This document shows, one piece after another, positions 29,316 to 43,721 of a stretch of DNA of 64,000 nucleotides; the stretch's first letter is position 1, and every line of letters starts with the position of its first letter. The position numbers were made by a program, and so were the translations under genes. The stretch is taken from positions 768,001 to 832,000 of the forward strand of contig JBGARZ010000002.1 in NCBI GenBank assembly GCA_044229975.1. The letters are read 5' to 3'. The stretch is from Polyangiales bacterium. Its GTDB lineage: Bacteria > Myxococcota_A > Polyangia > Polyangiales > Ga0077539. Under the pieces are notes generated by a model. That model was not told where the DNA came from. It did not search any database and saw nothing but the letters and a program-made list of their open reading frames with translations.

Positions 29316-30479
29316 TCAGTCGCGCGGAGCGCCGGCGTCAGAGCCGGTCGAGCCGCTGACGCCGCAGTTGCCCGGGGTGCCGGCAGCGGCGCCCATCGGG
29401 GTGAGCGTGGCGGGGCGGGTCGTGAAGCCGAGGCCCACGCCGATGCCGCCCTCGGGGTTGTCACACGACACCGGGGTACCGGTGGCGATGTCGACGAAGC
29501 CCTGGATGAGCGGCGCCGCGGCGTCGCGGAACTGCATCAGCGCCGGGATGGTGGTGAGCGCGGTGATGAGGGTGGTCTGCTTCAGGTAGCCGCCGAGGTT
29601 GCCCTGGCTGCCGTCCGCGAGGTTGAAGCGGAGCTGCGTCTGGAAGAGATCCAGGTTGAGGGTCATGTCCATGATGGACAGCGGGATGGAGAAGTTGGGG
29701 CTGTTGGCGCCGGAGGCCGGCGGCGGGGCCACGCGGAGGCGGCCGTTGACGATGCTGCCCGTGAAGCGGAGGCGCGCCGTCGACAGGTCGCCCGCGGTCA
29801 TGAGCGAGCGGTTGTCGATGGTGTAGCTCTGGTTCGGCATCTGGATGTTGGCGCAGCTCGCGAAGTTCGCGAACGCGTACGGGTACACGAGCACGTTGAC
29901 CGAGGGGTCGTTGAGCGTCGGTCCGAGGGTGCCGTTGACGTCCGTCACGCGCACGACGATCAGGAACTTGCCCGACTCGACCTGCTCGTTGAGCGTGCCC
30001 TGCACGTCGAGCGACGGCTGGAACTGCTGGATGGTCTGCGCGACGTTGGGGAGCTGGTTGTCGACGCCGCCGCGGCAGCCGGTGCCGCCGCCGGCGCTGC
30101 CGGCCGCGCAGGTGCCCATGTTCTGATCGGAGTCGACGACCGAGAAGTAGTCGCCGTGGCTGCAGTCGACCGCGGTCTGCTGCGCGGTGGTGGAGGGCGA
30201 GTTGCGGCCGTCGAGGTTGAAGCCGTAGAAGCCGCGCGTCGCGGGGGGCTCAGCGCCTTCGTCGAGGAGCAGGTGGTTGATGACGTAGTCGTACGTCGCG
30301 CCAGGGCCCGAATCCTGCGGCGTGGGAGGCGTGTCGGTCGTGGGGTTCTGAACGTCGGTGCCGGTCATGCCACCGTCGGCCGGGGGCGTGTTGGTGCTTT
30401 CGCCGCCACACCCGACCGCAAAGGTGCCGATGAGACCGAGAGCTGCGAGCGAACCAAGAATCTTCGTCGAACGTGCCAT
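29316..30479 (-). CDS. hypothetical lipoprotein
   Basis: GAGGAG SD; FAVGC lipobox; Thr/Pro linker; GFNLDG…GVDNQL motif; several Cys. Confidence 0.75.
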   Translation of the reverse strand: MARSTKILGSLAALGLIGTFAVGCGGESTNTPPADGGMTGTDVQNPTTDTPPTPQDSGPGATYDYVINHLLLDEGAEPPATRGFYGFNLDGRNSPSTTAQQTAVDCSHGDYFSVVDSDQNMGTCAAGSAGGGTGCRGGVDNQLPNVAQTIQQFQPSLDVQGTLNEQVESGKFLIVVRVTDVNGTLGPTLNDPSVNVLVYPYAFANFASCANIQMPNQSYTIDNRSLMTAGDLSTARLRFTGSIVNGRLRVAPPPASGANSPNFSIPLSIMDMTLNLDLFQTQLRFNLADGSQGNLGGYLKQTTLITALTTIPALMQFRDAAAPLIQGFVDIATGTPVSCDNPEGGIGVGLGFTTRPATLTPMGAAAGTPGNCGVSGSTGSDAGAPRD

Positions 30480-30725
30480 TTGTCGAACTCCTCTAACGGA
30501 TGGTTGAAGTGCCCGCGGAGCACGCACGCGCTAGGCGTGCGGCCCACCGGGAAAGCAAGCGTTCCCGGATCTCGCACGCCGCGCAGGCCGTGAGCACCCG
30601 ACGACGCGCCCGGCTCTCTAGCATCGAAACTGAAAGCGATTCAACTAGCGGCTGACGCCTGCGGAGCGGCGTCCATGACGCACGGGAAGTTGGGTACGCG
30701 GAGGCTGCGTGCTACCGCGACAGCG

Positions 30726-35726
<5,001 letters not shown>

Positions 35727-35746
35727 TAGAGTCGCCCACCGGGACC

Positions 35747-36865
35747 GTGAGGGCCGATCCGACACTACCGAGGCCGAGGCGTCGGCGACTGCGCGCCCGG
35801 GTGCGCTACCTGCTCGCGCTGCTCAAGCGCTTCCGCTTCACGCTGGCGATGACGGGGGTGTTCTTCGGGGTCATCCCGCTGGTGTTCGCGCGGCTCTACC
35901 TCGGCCCCACCGGGCGGCACATCACCTTCGGCGAGGCGCTGCACCACACGTACTTCCTGATGTTCGGGCAGCCCTCGCTCCCGTACGTGGGCAACCCCTT
36001 CATCGAGCTGCTCAACTTCGCGCTCCCGCCCTTCGGCATCGCCGTCATCGCCGACGGCGTGGTGCGCTTCGCCTTCCTCTTCTTCGCCCGACAAAACCAC
36101 GACAAGGAGTGGATCGCCGTGATGTCCGAGACCCTCCGCGCGCACGTCATCGTCTGCGGCGCCGGCCGCGTGGGCTACCGCGTCGCCACGCAGCTCATCG
36201 AGCTCGGACACGAGGTGGTGATCATCGAGAAGCGCGCCGACGCGCCCTTCATCGCCGTGCTCCAGGCCGCCGACGTCCCGGTGCTCATCGACGACGTGAA
36301 GAGCCCGCAGGCGCTGCACCGCACCAACGTCGCCCACGCCGCCGCCATCGTGTGCGCGACCGACGACGACCTCGCCAACCTCAACACCGCCCTCGACGCG
36401 CGGCGGCTCAACCCGAAGATCCGCGTCGTGATGCGCCTCTTCGACGACGACCTTGGCGCGAGGGTGCGCGACGCCTTCCAGGCCGAGGTGCTCTCCAGCA
36501 GCGCGCTCGCGGCCCCGGCGCTCGCCCTGTCAGCGCTCGACCCGCGCATCAGCCACAGCTTCCACGTCGGCGAACGGCTGATGGTGGTGTCGGACTTCCT
36601 CGTCACCGACTCGCTCGCCTCGCTCACGGTGTCCGACCTCCAGCATCGCTTTCGCGTGGTGACGCTCTGCGTGCGGATGAAGGGCGAGCCCGACCTGCAT
36701 CCGAAACCCGCGCACCGCTTCCGCGTCGGCGAGCGGGTCACCCTCCAGGGCATGTACCCCGACTACCTTGAGCTGCGATCGTTTACCGGCGAGGGTCATC
36801 CGCCCGTGTCGGCGGTGGGGCGCACGGACTTCGCGCCGCTGGTCACGCCGGGTGACGTGCCGTGA
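35747..36865 (+). CDS. TrkA/RCK-domain membrane protein (potassium channel family-like)
   Basis: Two TMs, HVIVCGAGRVGY Rossmann motif, ATDDDLANL, C-terminal RCK_C-like region. Confidence 0.85.
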   Translation: MRADPTLPRPRRRRLRARVRYLLALLKRFRFTLAMTGVFFGVIPLVFARLYLGPTGRHITFGEALHHTYFLMFGQPSLPYVGNPFIELLNFALPPFGIAVIADGVVRFAFLFFARQNHDKEWIAVMSETLRAHVIVCGAGRVGYRVATQLIELGHEVVIIEKRADAPFIAVLQAADVPVLIDDVKSPQALHRTNVAHAAAIVCATDDDLANLNTALDARRLNPKIRVVMRLFDDDLGARVRDAFQAEVLSSSALAAPALALSALDPRISHSFHVGERLMVVSDFLVTDSLASLTVSDLQHRFRVVTLCVRMKGEPDLHPKPAHRFRVGERVTLQGMYPDYLELRSFTGEGHPPVSAVGRTDFAPLVTPGDVP

Positions 36866-36901
36866 TGCGCGCGCTCGCCCCCGGGGTGCTGAGCCGCGCG
36901 G

Positions 36902-38377
36902 TCAGTGCCGCGCGAAGGGGTACGCCGCGTAGTCGGCGCGCAGGTGCTCCGCGATCCACGGGCACACCTCGGTGACGCTCTTGCCGAGGGCCTGCGCGAC
37001 CTTGCGGTACGCCTCGTGGCCCTGCCGCGCCGAGCGCAGCTCGATGAGGTGAAACATCTCGCGCAGGTTGGCCTGCATCACATACCGGACCCGGTATGCC
37101 AGCGGCACGAGGTACTGCGCCTCCCACGGGTGCCCCGTGGCGATGGAGCGGTGCGGCTCGACGATGGACTCCAGCGCGTCGCGCACCGCCGGGCCGAAGC
37201 CCATGGCATCGAGCTCCTCGGGGAGGACGTAGCCCTCGCGAGTGCCCAGCCGCGGGGTCGTTGCCGACACGAGGCGGTGCCGCTGGAGGTCGCGCCACGC
37301 GCCGTAGTCGCAGCACACCTCGAAGCGAAACTGCACCTGCTCCAGCGCCCGCAGCGGGGCGTCGTGCGAGCCGCGCTCGGCGAGGTAGGCGCGCACCAGC
37401 GAGAGGGCATGCTCGGGGTCGTGCGCCGCGTGCCAAGCCTGCCGCCACGAGGCGCCGAAGAGCTCGCACTGCACCGCCGTCGCGAGCGTACGCAACGGCT
37501 CCGGGCTGTGGTCGATGCGGCGGACGAGAACATCCTCCTGCCGCTCGGGCAGCGCGTGCAGGGCTCCGTGGGCGCGCATCACCCGCTCGTGCACCTGCGC
37601 GCGGTGGGCCGACGGCGCCGTGTACTTCAGCAGCGTGGGGACCATCACCGCCGCCTCGTCCTTCATCGAGCCCGCCATGCGACGCACCTCCGCGAGGGGC
37701 GACGCGAGCAGCTTGCCGATGTGGTGTTCGAGCACGCGCGCGTTGATCGTCACGCCGACGTTGGTGGGGACGCCCGCCGGCAGTAGCCCGCGCAACAGAT
37801 CGCAGCCGTGGGCGCGCAGCGTCGCGGCGTGGGCCTTCGGGTTGACGCCATCGGGCGTCGGGTAGCGCTCGGTGAGGGCGCGCTCGACGCGGTCGAGGAG
37901 CTGGCCATACACGGTGAGCAGGCGGCGGGCGTTGGTCTCGTAGCTGGCCGCGTGATCGCCCGGCAGGCCGATGTCGGTGACGAGCGTTCCCTCGTCGAAG
38001 CGGACGTAGCGGGTGGACTTCTCGGTGTAGGCCGCGAGGCGCGCTTCTTCGAGGGCCTTGGCCGCGAGGATGGAGCAGCGCTCGACGGCGAGGTGCACCA
38101 CGGCGTGCTCGGCGACCGACGAGTGCCCGTAGCCCACGACCCACTTCTCGTGGAAGGCGCGTGCCTTCTCCTGCGCGGTGACGAAGGCGCCGCCCCCCGC
38201 TGGGCCGACCACGTCGAGCTCGCGGTCGTCGAGCAGGCGACGGAGGTTGGTGCGGAGGTCGTCGCGGGAGCGCGAGTAGTACGCGAAGAGCACGGCGATG
38301 ACCTCCTCGGGGAGGTTGCGCAGCGCGAAGACCTCGCGGTCGAGGTTGGTGACGTAGGGAGCGAGACGGTCGTCCAT
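36902..38377 (-). CDS. thyX: FAD-dependent thymidylate synthase, tandem two-domain form
   Basis: GYGHSSVAEH, EKSTRYV, DLLRGLLP…NAR in domain 1; RALE, DLQRHR, NLRE…LIELR in domain 2. Confidence 0.88.
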   Translation of the reverse strand: MDDRLAPYVTNLDREVFALRNLPEEVIAVLFAYYSRSRDDLRTNLRRLLDDRELDVVGPAGGGAFVTAQEKARAFHEKWVVGYGHSSVAEHAVVHLAVERCSILAAKALEEARLAAYTEKSTRYVRFDEGTLVTDIGLPGDHAASYETNARRLLTVYGQLLDRVERALTERYPTPDGVNPKAHAATLRAHGCDLLRGLLPAGVPTNVGVTINARVLEHHIGKLLASPLAEVRRMAGSMKDEAAVMVPTLLKYTAPSAHRAQVHERVMRAHGALHALPERQEDVLVRRIDHSPEPLRTLATAVQCELFGASWRQAWHAAHDPEHALSLVRAYLAERGSHDAPLRALEQVQFRFEVCCDYGAWRDLQRHRLVSATTPRLGTREGYVLPEELDAMGFGPAVRDALESIVEPHRSIATGHPWEAQYLVPLAYRVRYVMQANLREMFHLIELRSARQGHEAYRKVAQALGKSVTEVCPWIAEHLRADYAAYPFARH

Positions 38378-38389
38378 CGCGGTCGGCGC

Positions 38390-39208
38390 TCAGACGCTGG
38401 CGAGGAGGAGGTCGACGTTTTCGCTGTTGGCGAGCGTGCGCGGTCGACGGGTGAGCACCTCGCAGCCGGTGCGGGTCACCACGACGGTGTGCTCGAACTG
38501 CGCGGAGAGGCGCCGATCCTTGGTGCGCACGGTCCACTTGTCGTGCGGGTCGACGTCGACCTCCCAGGTGCCGAGGTTGATCATCGGCTCGATGGTGAAG
38601 GTCATCCCCGCGCGCATGCGGGGGTTGTCCGCGCCAGGCTTCAGCTTGTAGTGCGCCACCTGCGGGTCGGTGTGAAACTTCCGGCCGATGCCGTGGCCCA
38701 CGAAGTCGCGCACCACCGAGCAGCCCTGCGCCTCGGCGTACTTCTGGATCGCCGCGCCGATGTCCCCGATGCGGCCGCCGTCCTTCACCTGCGCGATGCC
38801 GATCTCCAGGCTCTGGCGGGCCACCTCGGTCACGAGCCGGGCCTCGGCCGACGGCTCGCCGATGTAGAAGGTCGCCGACGTGTCGCCGTGGTAGCCGCCG
38901 TAGTAGGTCGTCACGTCGACGTTGATGATGTCGCCGTTGCGGAGCTTCTGCGTCGGCGTCGGGATGCCGTGACACACGATGTCGTTGACGCTGGTGCAGA
39001 CCGACTTCGGGAAGCCGTGATAGTTCAGCGGCGAGGGGATGGCGCCGCGGCGGATGGTGTCTTCGTGCACGAAGACGTTGATGTCCTCCGTGGTGATGCC
39101 CGGGCGGAGCATCTCGCCCACGAGCAGCAGCGTGTCCGCGGCCATCTGACAGGACACGCGCAGGTCGTCCACCTCGCGCGCGGACTTGATCTCGATCACT
39201 CCGGCCAC
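38390..39208 (-). CDS. map: methionine aminopeptidase type I
   Basis: CTSVNDIVCHGIP, DVT…GDTS, GHGIG..FH, FTIEPMIN, SAQFEHT; GAGGAG SD. Confidence 0.97.
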   Translation of the reverse strand: MAGVIEIKSAREVDDLRVSCQMAADTLLLVGEMLRPGITTEDINVFVHEDTIRRGAIPSPLNYHGFPKSVCTSVNDIVCHGIPTPTQKLRNGDIINVDVTTYYGGYHGDTSATFYIGEPSAEARLVTEVARQSLEIGIAQVKDGGRIGDIGAAIQKYAEAQGCSVVRDFVGHGIGRKFHTDPQVAHYKLKPGADNPRMRAGMTFTIEPMINLGTWEVDVDPHDKWTVRTKDRRLSAQFEHTVVVTRTGCEVLTRRPRTLANSENVDLLLASV

Positions 39209-39300
39209 GTCGTCTCTCCTCTACAGAATCCCCCCGCGAACGGAGGGGAGCGCTTCGATTAGTTCGCCCGCCCGAACAGGTCAACCACACCCGCGGCGGG

Positions 39301-39642
39301 TCAGTTCCAGCGCTGGGCCTCTTCGCGCAGGCGGGCGCGCTCTTCGTCGGCGTGGTCGAGGCCCTCCTTCGTCACGATGTAGCTGACGTCGCAGCGTCCG
39401 GTGGGCGCGTCGACCTGCGCCTCGAAGCCGGGCCCGGCGATGGACCCCAGGAGCAGCTCGCGCCCCACCGCCCGCACCGTGCCGACCCCTTCATCGCCCG
39501 AAAAGGGCGCCGACTCCCCGCGCTCGGCGTGCAGCGCCACCGCCGTCTCGTAGAGCCGCAGCGCCAGCTTGGGGTGCAGCGCCCCGGTGCTCTGGAGCAC
39601 CGCGATGAGACGCCACGCCTGGTCTTCCCGCTTCGTCGACAT
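39301..39642 (-). CDS. hypothetical protein (113 aa)
   Basis: GGAG before ATG; GC3-rich; in a co-oriented run. Confidence 0.65.
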   Translation of the reverse strand: MSTKREDQAWRLIAVLQSTGALHPKLALRLYETAVALHAERGESAPFSGDEGVGTVRAVGRELLLGSIAGPGFEAQVDAPTGRCDVSYIVTKEGLDHADEERARLREEAQRWN

Positions 39643-39647
39643 CGGCG

Positions 39648-40778
39648 TCACTCCAGGGGCATGTCGCAGCCGCGAGGGCCCGTCCGTCGCAGCTCCAGCG
39701 CACCGTCGGCGCGCTCCATGGCCAGCACGAAGCCGGCATGCTCCCACCGAAGCGACGGGCGCTCCATCCCCGAATCGTCCTCGACCGCCACCCGCAGCGC
39801 CGAGCCCATGCGCCGACCGCGCGCGTCGACCCGCGCGAGGTACGACCGCGGCGCCCCGCCACCGACGGGCTCCGACCACGCCACACCGAAGTAGCGCCCC
39901 GCCGCGACCACCGACGCCGTCGAGTCGTCCGCGTAGCGGATGGACAGCCGCTGAACGTCCCCGACGTCGCCGCCCGTGAGGTCGGTCGACACGACGTGGA
40001 GCCCGACGTCGCCCGAGCGATGGTCACCCCACGCGAAGAGCAGCCTCCGACGGTTGCGCGCGACGGTCGGCGCGCCCATCACCCCGGACGCCCGCTGCAC
40101 CACGAAGCCCGCGCCCCTCGGCTGCCCGTCGGGCGTGAGCAACTGACCATGCAGCGCCGAGGCGTCACCCTCGCGGGCCGACCACGCGGCCACGAAGCCG
40201 CCGTCGACCGTCGCCAACGCGACGGCGCTCCCCTCCCCCGCGCTCGCGATGGGATGCACCGTCGCCGTGTCGGTCGCCCGCGCGACGAGGCCCGTGGGCG
40301 ACCGGCCCACCCACAGGGCGTAGTCACCAGAGACCGCGACGGACGCGCCCGTGACGCCGTCCCAGCGCTGGGGCGTCCCGAGCGCGGCTTGTGGGGAGAG
40401 CGTTCGGAACGAAGCGCCCTGGGCGTCGCCCCACGAGACGATGGCCACCGAGCGCTGGACCGCCACCGCCGGGCCCTCGGTGACGGGTCCTTCGGACAGC
40501 CGCGCGGGTTCGGTCATGCCTTCCCACCACGCGTAGACCCCGTCGGCTCCGCGCCAGGCGAAGACCCGCTGACCGGGGGTTCCGGCAACGGCGGGTCGGC
40601 GGCCGACGAAGTGACCCGGGACGAGCGCGCCCGTCACGTAGCGCGCGTCGTAACACTGGGTGGCCACCTCGCGGTGCACGGGGGCGTGGGCTTGCGGGTG
40701 TCGACGGCGCCACCAGCGACAGCCGGGGGCGAGCGAGGCCACGACCACGAAGGCGATCAGACGGCGGAGCTGCGCCAC
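39648..40778 (-). CDS. hypothetical lipoprotein with beta-propeller-like repeats
   Basis: LAPGC lipobox-like motif; repeated AW…xxxxDxxG units. Confidence 0.6.
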   Translation of the reverse strand: MAQLRRLIAFVVVASLAPGCRWWRRRHPQAHAPVHREVATQCYDARYVTGALVPGHFVGRRPAVAGTPGQRVFAWRGADGVYAWWEGMTEPARLSEGPVTEGPAVAVQRSVAIVSWGDAQGASFRTLSPQAALGTPQRWDGVTGASVAVSGDYALWVGRSPTGLVARATDTATVHPIASAGEGSAVALATVDGGFVAAWSAREGDASALHGQLLTPDGQPRGAGFVVQRASGVMGAPTVARNRRRLLFAWGDHRSGDVGLHVVSTDLTGGDVGDVQRLSIRYADDSTASVVAAGRYFGVAWSEPVGGGAPRSYLARVDARGRRMGSALRVAVEDDSGMERPSLRWEHAGFVLAMERADGALELRRTGPRGCDMPLE

Positions 40779-42205
40779 GGGGAGTCCTTGCGGGCGGCGA
40801 GGCTGTACACGACGGCGCTCAAGAGGTTGACGGCGACGATGGCGATCCAGAGGCCGCGCGGCGGGGCGTGCAGCCCGACGGCCATCAGCAGCATGAGCGG
40901 GAGCTGCACCGCGATCACGAGCGTCGCGTCGAGGCGCAGCGCGAGGCGGGTGGCGCCGGCGCCGACGAGCGCGTTGCCGAGCACGATGGCGAAGCCGAAG
41001 GCCGTGTACGAGGGGCCGACGAGCGCGAGGTAGTCCTTGGCGCGGGCGACGATGGCGTCCTGCGACGTGAAGAAGCGGAGGAAGTGCTCGCCGAGGCCGA
41101 CGAAGACCGCCGCGAGGAAGGCCATGGTCGCGACGTTGAAGGCGCCGGTGATCCAGGCCGCGCGGCGGGCGCGGTCGAACTGCCCCGCGCCGACGTTGGT
41201 GCCGACGAGGGTCTGCGCGGCGCCGCCCCAGCCCATGGAGACGAAGAGGGCCATGGTCTCCATGCGGAGGCACAGCGCGTAGGCGGTGCCCGCGTCGCTG
41301 TTGGTGGGCGTCGTGTACGCGTGGTGCACCAGCGCGATGACCACCAGCACGGCGCCGATGCGCACCATGAACTGCGTGCTGGTCGGCCACGCCAGATCGA
41401 CGATGCGCCTGAGCACCGCCCGCGACGGGACGAAGGCCGCGCCGTGCGTGGCCACGCCGAGCGATCGCCGCAGGAGGAGCAGCGGCAGCACCATGACGAT
41501 GGCGCGGGCGATGACGGTGGCCCAGGCCGCGCCGACGACGCCCCAGCGCGGGAGCCCCAGCGCCGCCGCGATGGGAGGGCCCCACGCGAAGACGGCCGGG
41601 GCCGGGCCGGGCCCGTAGACCAGCAGCACGGCGAGGAAGAGGTTGAGGATGTTGCCCGCGGCGAAGATCACCAGCGGCGGCTTCGACTGCCCCATGGCGC
41701 GCTGCACCGCCGTCACCTGAAACATCAAGAACACCGTCACGATGCCGCCGACGATGACGCGCAGGTAGGCGGCGGCGAGCGCGCGCACGGCCCCTTTGGC
41801 GCCGAGGAGGTCGTGCACGATGGTGTCGGCGCCGAGCACCGCGACGAGCCCGAAGGCGAGCCCGAGGAGGGTGACGAGCCCGATGCTCCCCCAGGCCACG
41901 TCGGCGACGTCGCGCGAGTCGCCGCGACCGCGGGCCTGGGCCACGAGCGTCGCGGTGGCCGAGGACACGCCGTAGGAGATGATGGTCCCGAGAGCCGCGA
42001 CCATGTCGCAGATGCCGAGCGCGTCGAGCGAGGCGTCGGAGACCGACGCGGGCAGGCGCGCGACCAGGTACTGATCGACGAGGTTGAAGACGACCTGGAG
42101 GACCATCGCCGCGGCGAGCGGGGCTCCGAAGCGGAGCACGGTCCAGGCGAGGGGTCCGTGGAGCAGGCGGTCGCGCGAGGCGTCGCTGGCGGTGCTTTCG
42201 GCCAT
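40757..42205 (-). CDS. MATE family efflux transporter/flippase
   Basis: About 12 TMs; FNLVDQYLV, VAQARG, GVVGAAWATVIA, VGTNVGAG. Confidence 0.92.
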   Translation of the reverse strand: MAESTASDASRDRLLHGPLAWTVLRFGAPLAAAMVLQVVFNLVDQYLVARLPASVSDASLDALGICDMVAALGTIISYGVSSATATLVAQARGRGDSRDVADVAWGSIGLVTLLGLAFGLVAVLGADTIVHDLLGAKGAVRALAAAYLRVIVGGIVTVFLMFQVTAVQRAMGQSKPPLVIFAAGNILNLFLAVLLVYGPGPAPAVFAWGPPIAAALGLPRWGVVGAAWATVIARAIVMVLPLLLLRRSLGVATHGAAFVPSRAVLRRIVDLAWPTSTQFMVRIGAVLVVIALVHHAYTTPTNSDAGTAYALCLRMETMALFVSMGWGGAAQTLVGTNVGAGQFDRARRAAWITGAFNVATMAFLAAVFVGLGEHFLRFFTSQDAIVARAKDYLALVGPSYTAFGFAIVLGNALVGAGATRLALRLDATLVIAVQLPLMLLMAVGLHAPPRGLWIAIVAVNLLSAVVYSLAARKDSPWRSSAV

Positions 42206-42294
42206 CGTGACGGCCGCGCTCTACCCCAGATCGGGCCTCCCCGCGACCCGGCGGTGAAGGTCACCCCCGGAGCGTCGATCGATTTCGCGTCGGC

Positions 42295-43461
42295 TCAAGC
42301 GGCGACGCGCGACGCGGCGGGCGCGGGGTCGCGGTAGACGGCGCACAGCCTGCTCATCACGGCCGACCACGTGTAGCGCTCGATGAGTCGACCGCGACCC
42401 ACGACGCCCAGCGTGCGACGCGCCTCGACGTCGAGGGCGAGCGCCTCGATGAGGGCGTCGCGCAGGGACGACACGTCACCCGCTTCGAAGCACCGACCCG
42501 CCCCGGTGCCGCGGACGAGATCGGACACCGCGCCGCCGTCGGGACCCACGACCAGCGCGCCGCACGCGATGGCCTCGGCGGTGGACAGCGAGAAGGTCTC
42601 CGAGCGGCTGGGCACCACGACCACGTCGCTCGACGCCAGCGTGCGTGCGACCGCAGCAGGCGAGGCCAGGTACGGCCGCACCGTGACGGCCGACCGTGTG
42701 CGGGCGAACTCCTCCAGGCGCGGACGCAGCGGGCCGTCGCCGACGAGGTCGAGGCGAGCGCCCGTCACGGCGTGGACGGCGTCGAAGGCGGCGAGGAGGA
42801 GGGGTAGCTCCTTGTCGGAGGTGAAGCGCCCCGAGTAGCAGATGACGGGCGCCGCGCCGTCCGGGCGCACACCGGCCGCGTCGGGAGTGAACACCTCGAC
42901 GTCGACCCCGAGGCCCACCTCACGAACGCGCGGGAAGCCACGACGGGTGAGCTCGCGCTCCATGGTGGGCGAGGCCACGAGCGTCGCGTCGTACCGCGAG
43001 TGCTGCCGACGGAAGAACGCCCACACCGCCTCGGCGAGGGTGTCTCCGACGTCCCGCACGGGGAGCGAGTGCGTGATGTTTTCGACGACCTGTCGGGGAT
43101 GACTGTGGAAGAAGCCCACCACCTTCGGCGGCCTCGGCAGACGCCGCACCTCGCGCAGCACGATGCCGGGCAGCGCGTAGTGGCTCGCGATCTCGATGAC
43201 GTCGGGCTGGAGCTCACGGATGAGCTCGCCAATGCCGGCGCGCGCGCCAAAGAGACGATAGGCGGGGTTTCCCGGCATCGGCGGACCGGGCAGGCGGTGC
43301 ATGGTGCCGTCGCCGAAGGGCTCGCGAGAGCGCGACGCGCCGGGAACGACGAAGTGGCACTCGACGCCCTCCCGCGGGAGCGCCGCGGCCTTCTCCAGGT
43401 AGTACCGCTTGATGCCGCCGCATGAGTCGGAGAACGCGCTCGTGATGTCGAGCACCCGCAT
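42295..43461 (-). CDS. GT4 glycosyltransferase
   Basis: GGIKRY, LGVD, GRFTSDK, ETFSLSTAE (EX7E); GAAGGA SD. Confidence 0.9.
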   Translation of the reverse strand: MRVLDITSAFSDSCGGIKRYYLEKAAALPREGVECHFVVPGASRSREPFGDGTMHRLPGPPMPGNPAYRLFGARAGIGELIRELQPDVIEIASHYALPGIVLREVRRLPRPPKVVGFFHSHPRQVVENITHSLPVRDVGDTLAEAVWAFFRRQHSRYDATLVASPTMERELTRRGFPRVREVGLGVDVEVFTPDAAGVRPDGAAPVICYSGRFTSDKELPLLLAAFDAVHAVTGARLDLVGDGPLRPRLEEFARTRSAVTVRPYLASPAAVARTLASSDVVVVPSRSETFSLSTAEAIACGALVVGPDGGAVSDLVRGTGAGRCFEAGDVSSLRDALIEALALDVEARRTLGVVGRGRLIERYTWSAVMSRLCAVYRDPAPAASRVAA

Positions 43462-43470
43462 GGTGATCCT

Positions 43471-43645
43471 TCAGTGGGCTGTGGTCGTTGGGGGCGTCGC
43501 TTCGATGCGTCGCCGACGGCCTCATCCGGTTAGCGCGACCGGTGTCTCCTGTCCTTCGAATTCATCGCTTTTCGCAGCGCTGGATGACGTCCCCACTGAG
43601 GTGTTCGCGCCCCATGTGTCGCGTTGTCCACCACGAGCCCACTGA
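43471..43645. ncRNA. candidate rod-shaped structured RNA or inverted-repeat element (175 nt)
   Basis: Nested complementarity: 43471-80/43636-45 perfect, 43481-85/43630-34, 43491-96/43608-13, 43498-507/43594-603 (with G-U), 43515-18/43588-91, 43522-27/43582-87. Confidence 0.35.
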
Positions 43646-43721
43646 CGCACGATCAGTCTGCTTGCGTCATGGCTCCGGTAGCCTCTAGGCTGCGCGCCTC
43701 TTCAGTAGGTGGTGCGGTTCG

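Noticed and set aside
43471..43645. Identification of the rod element as SRP RNA or a tRNA
   Set aside because: No SRP GGAA tetraloop/CAGG-AGCA motif and no cloverleaf or T-loop; retained only as an unidentified structure.
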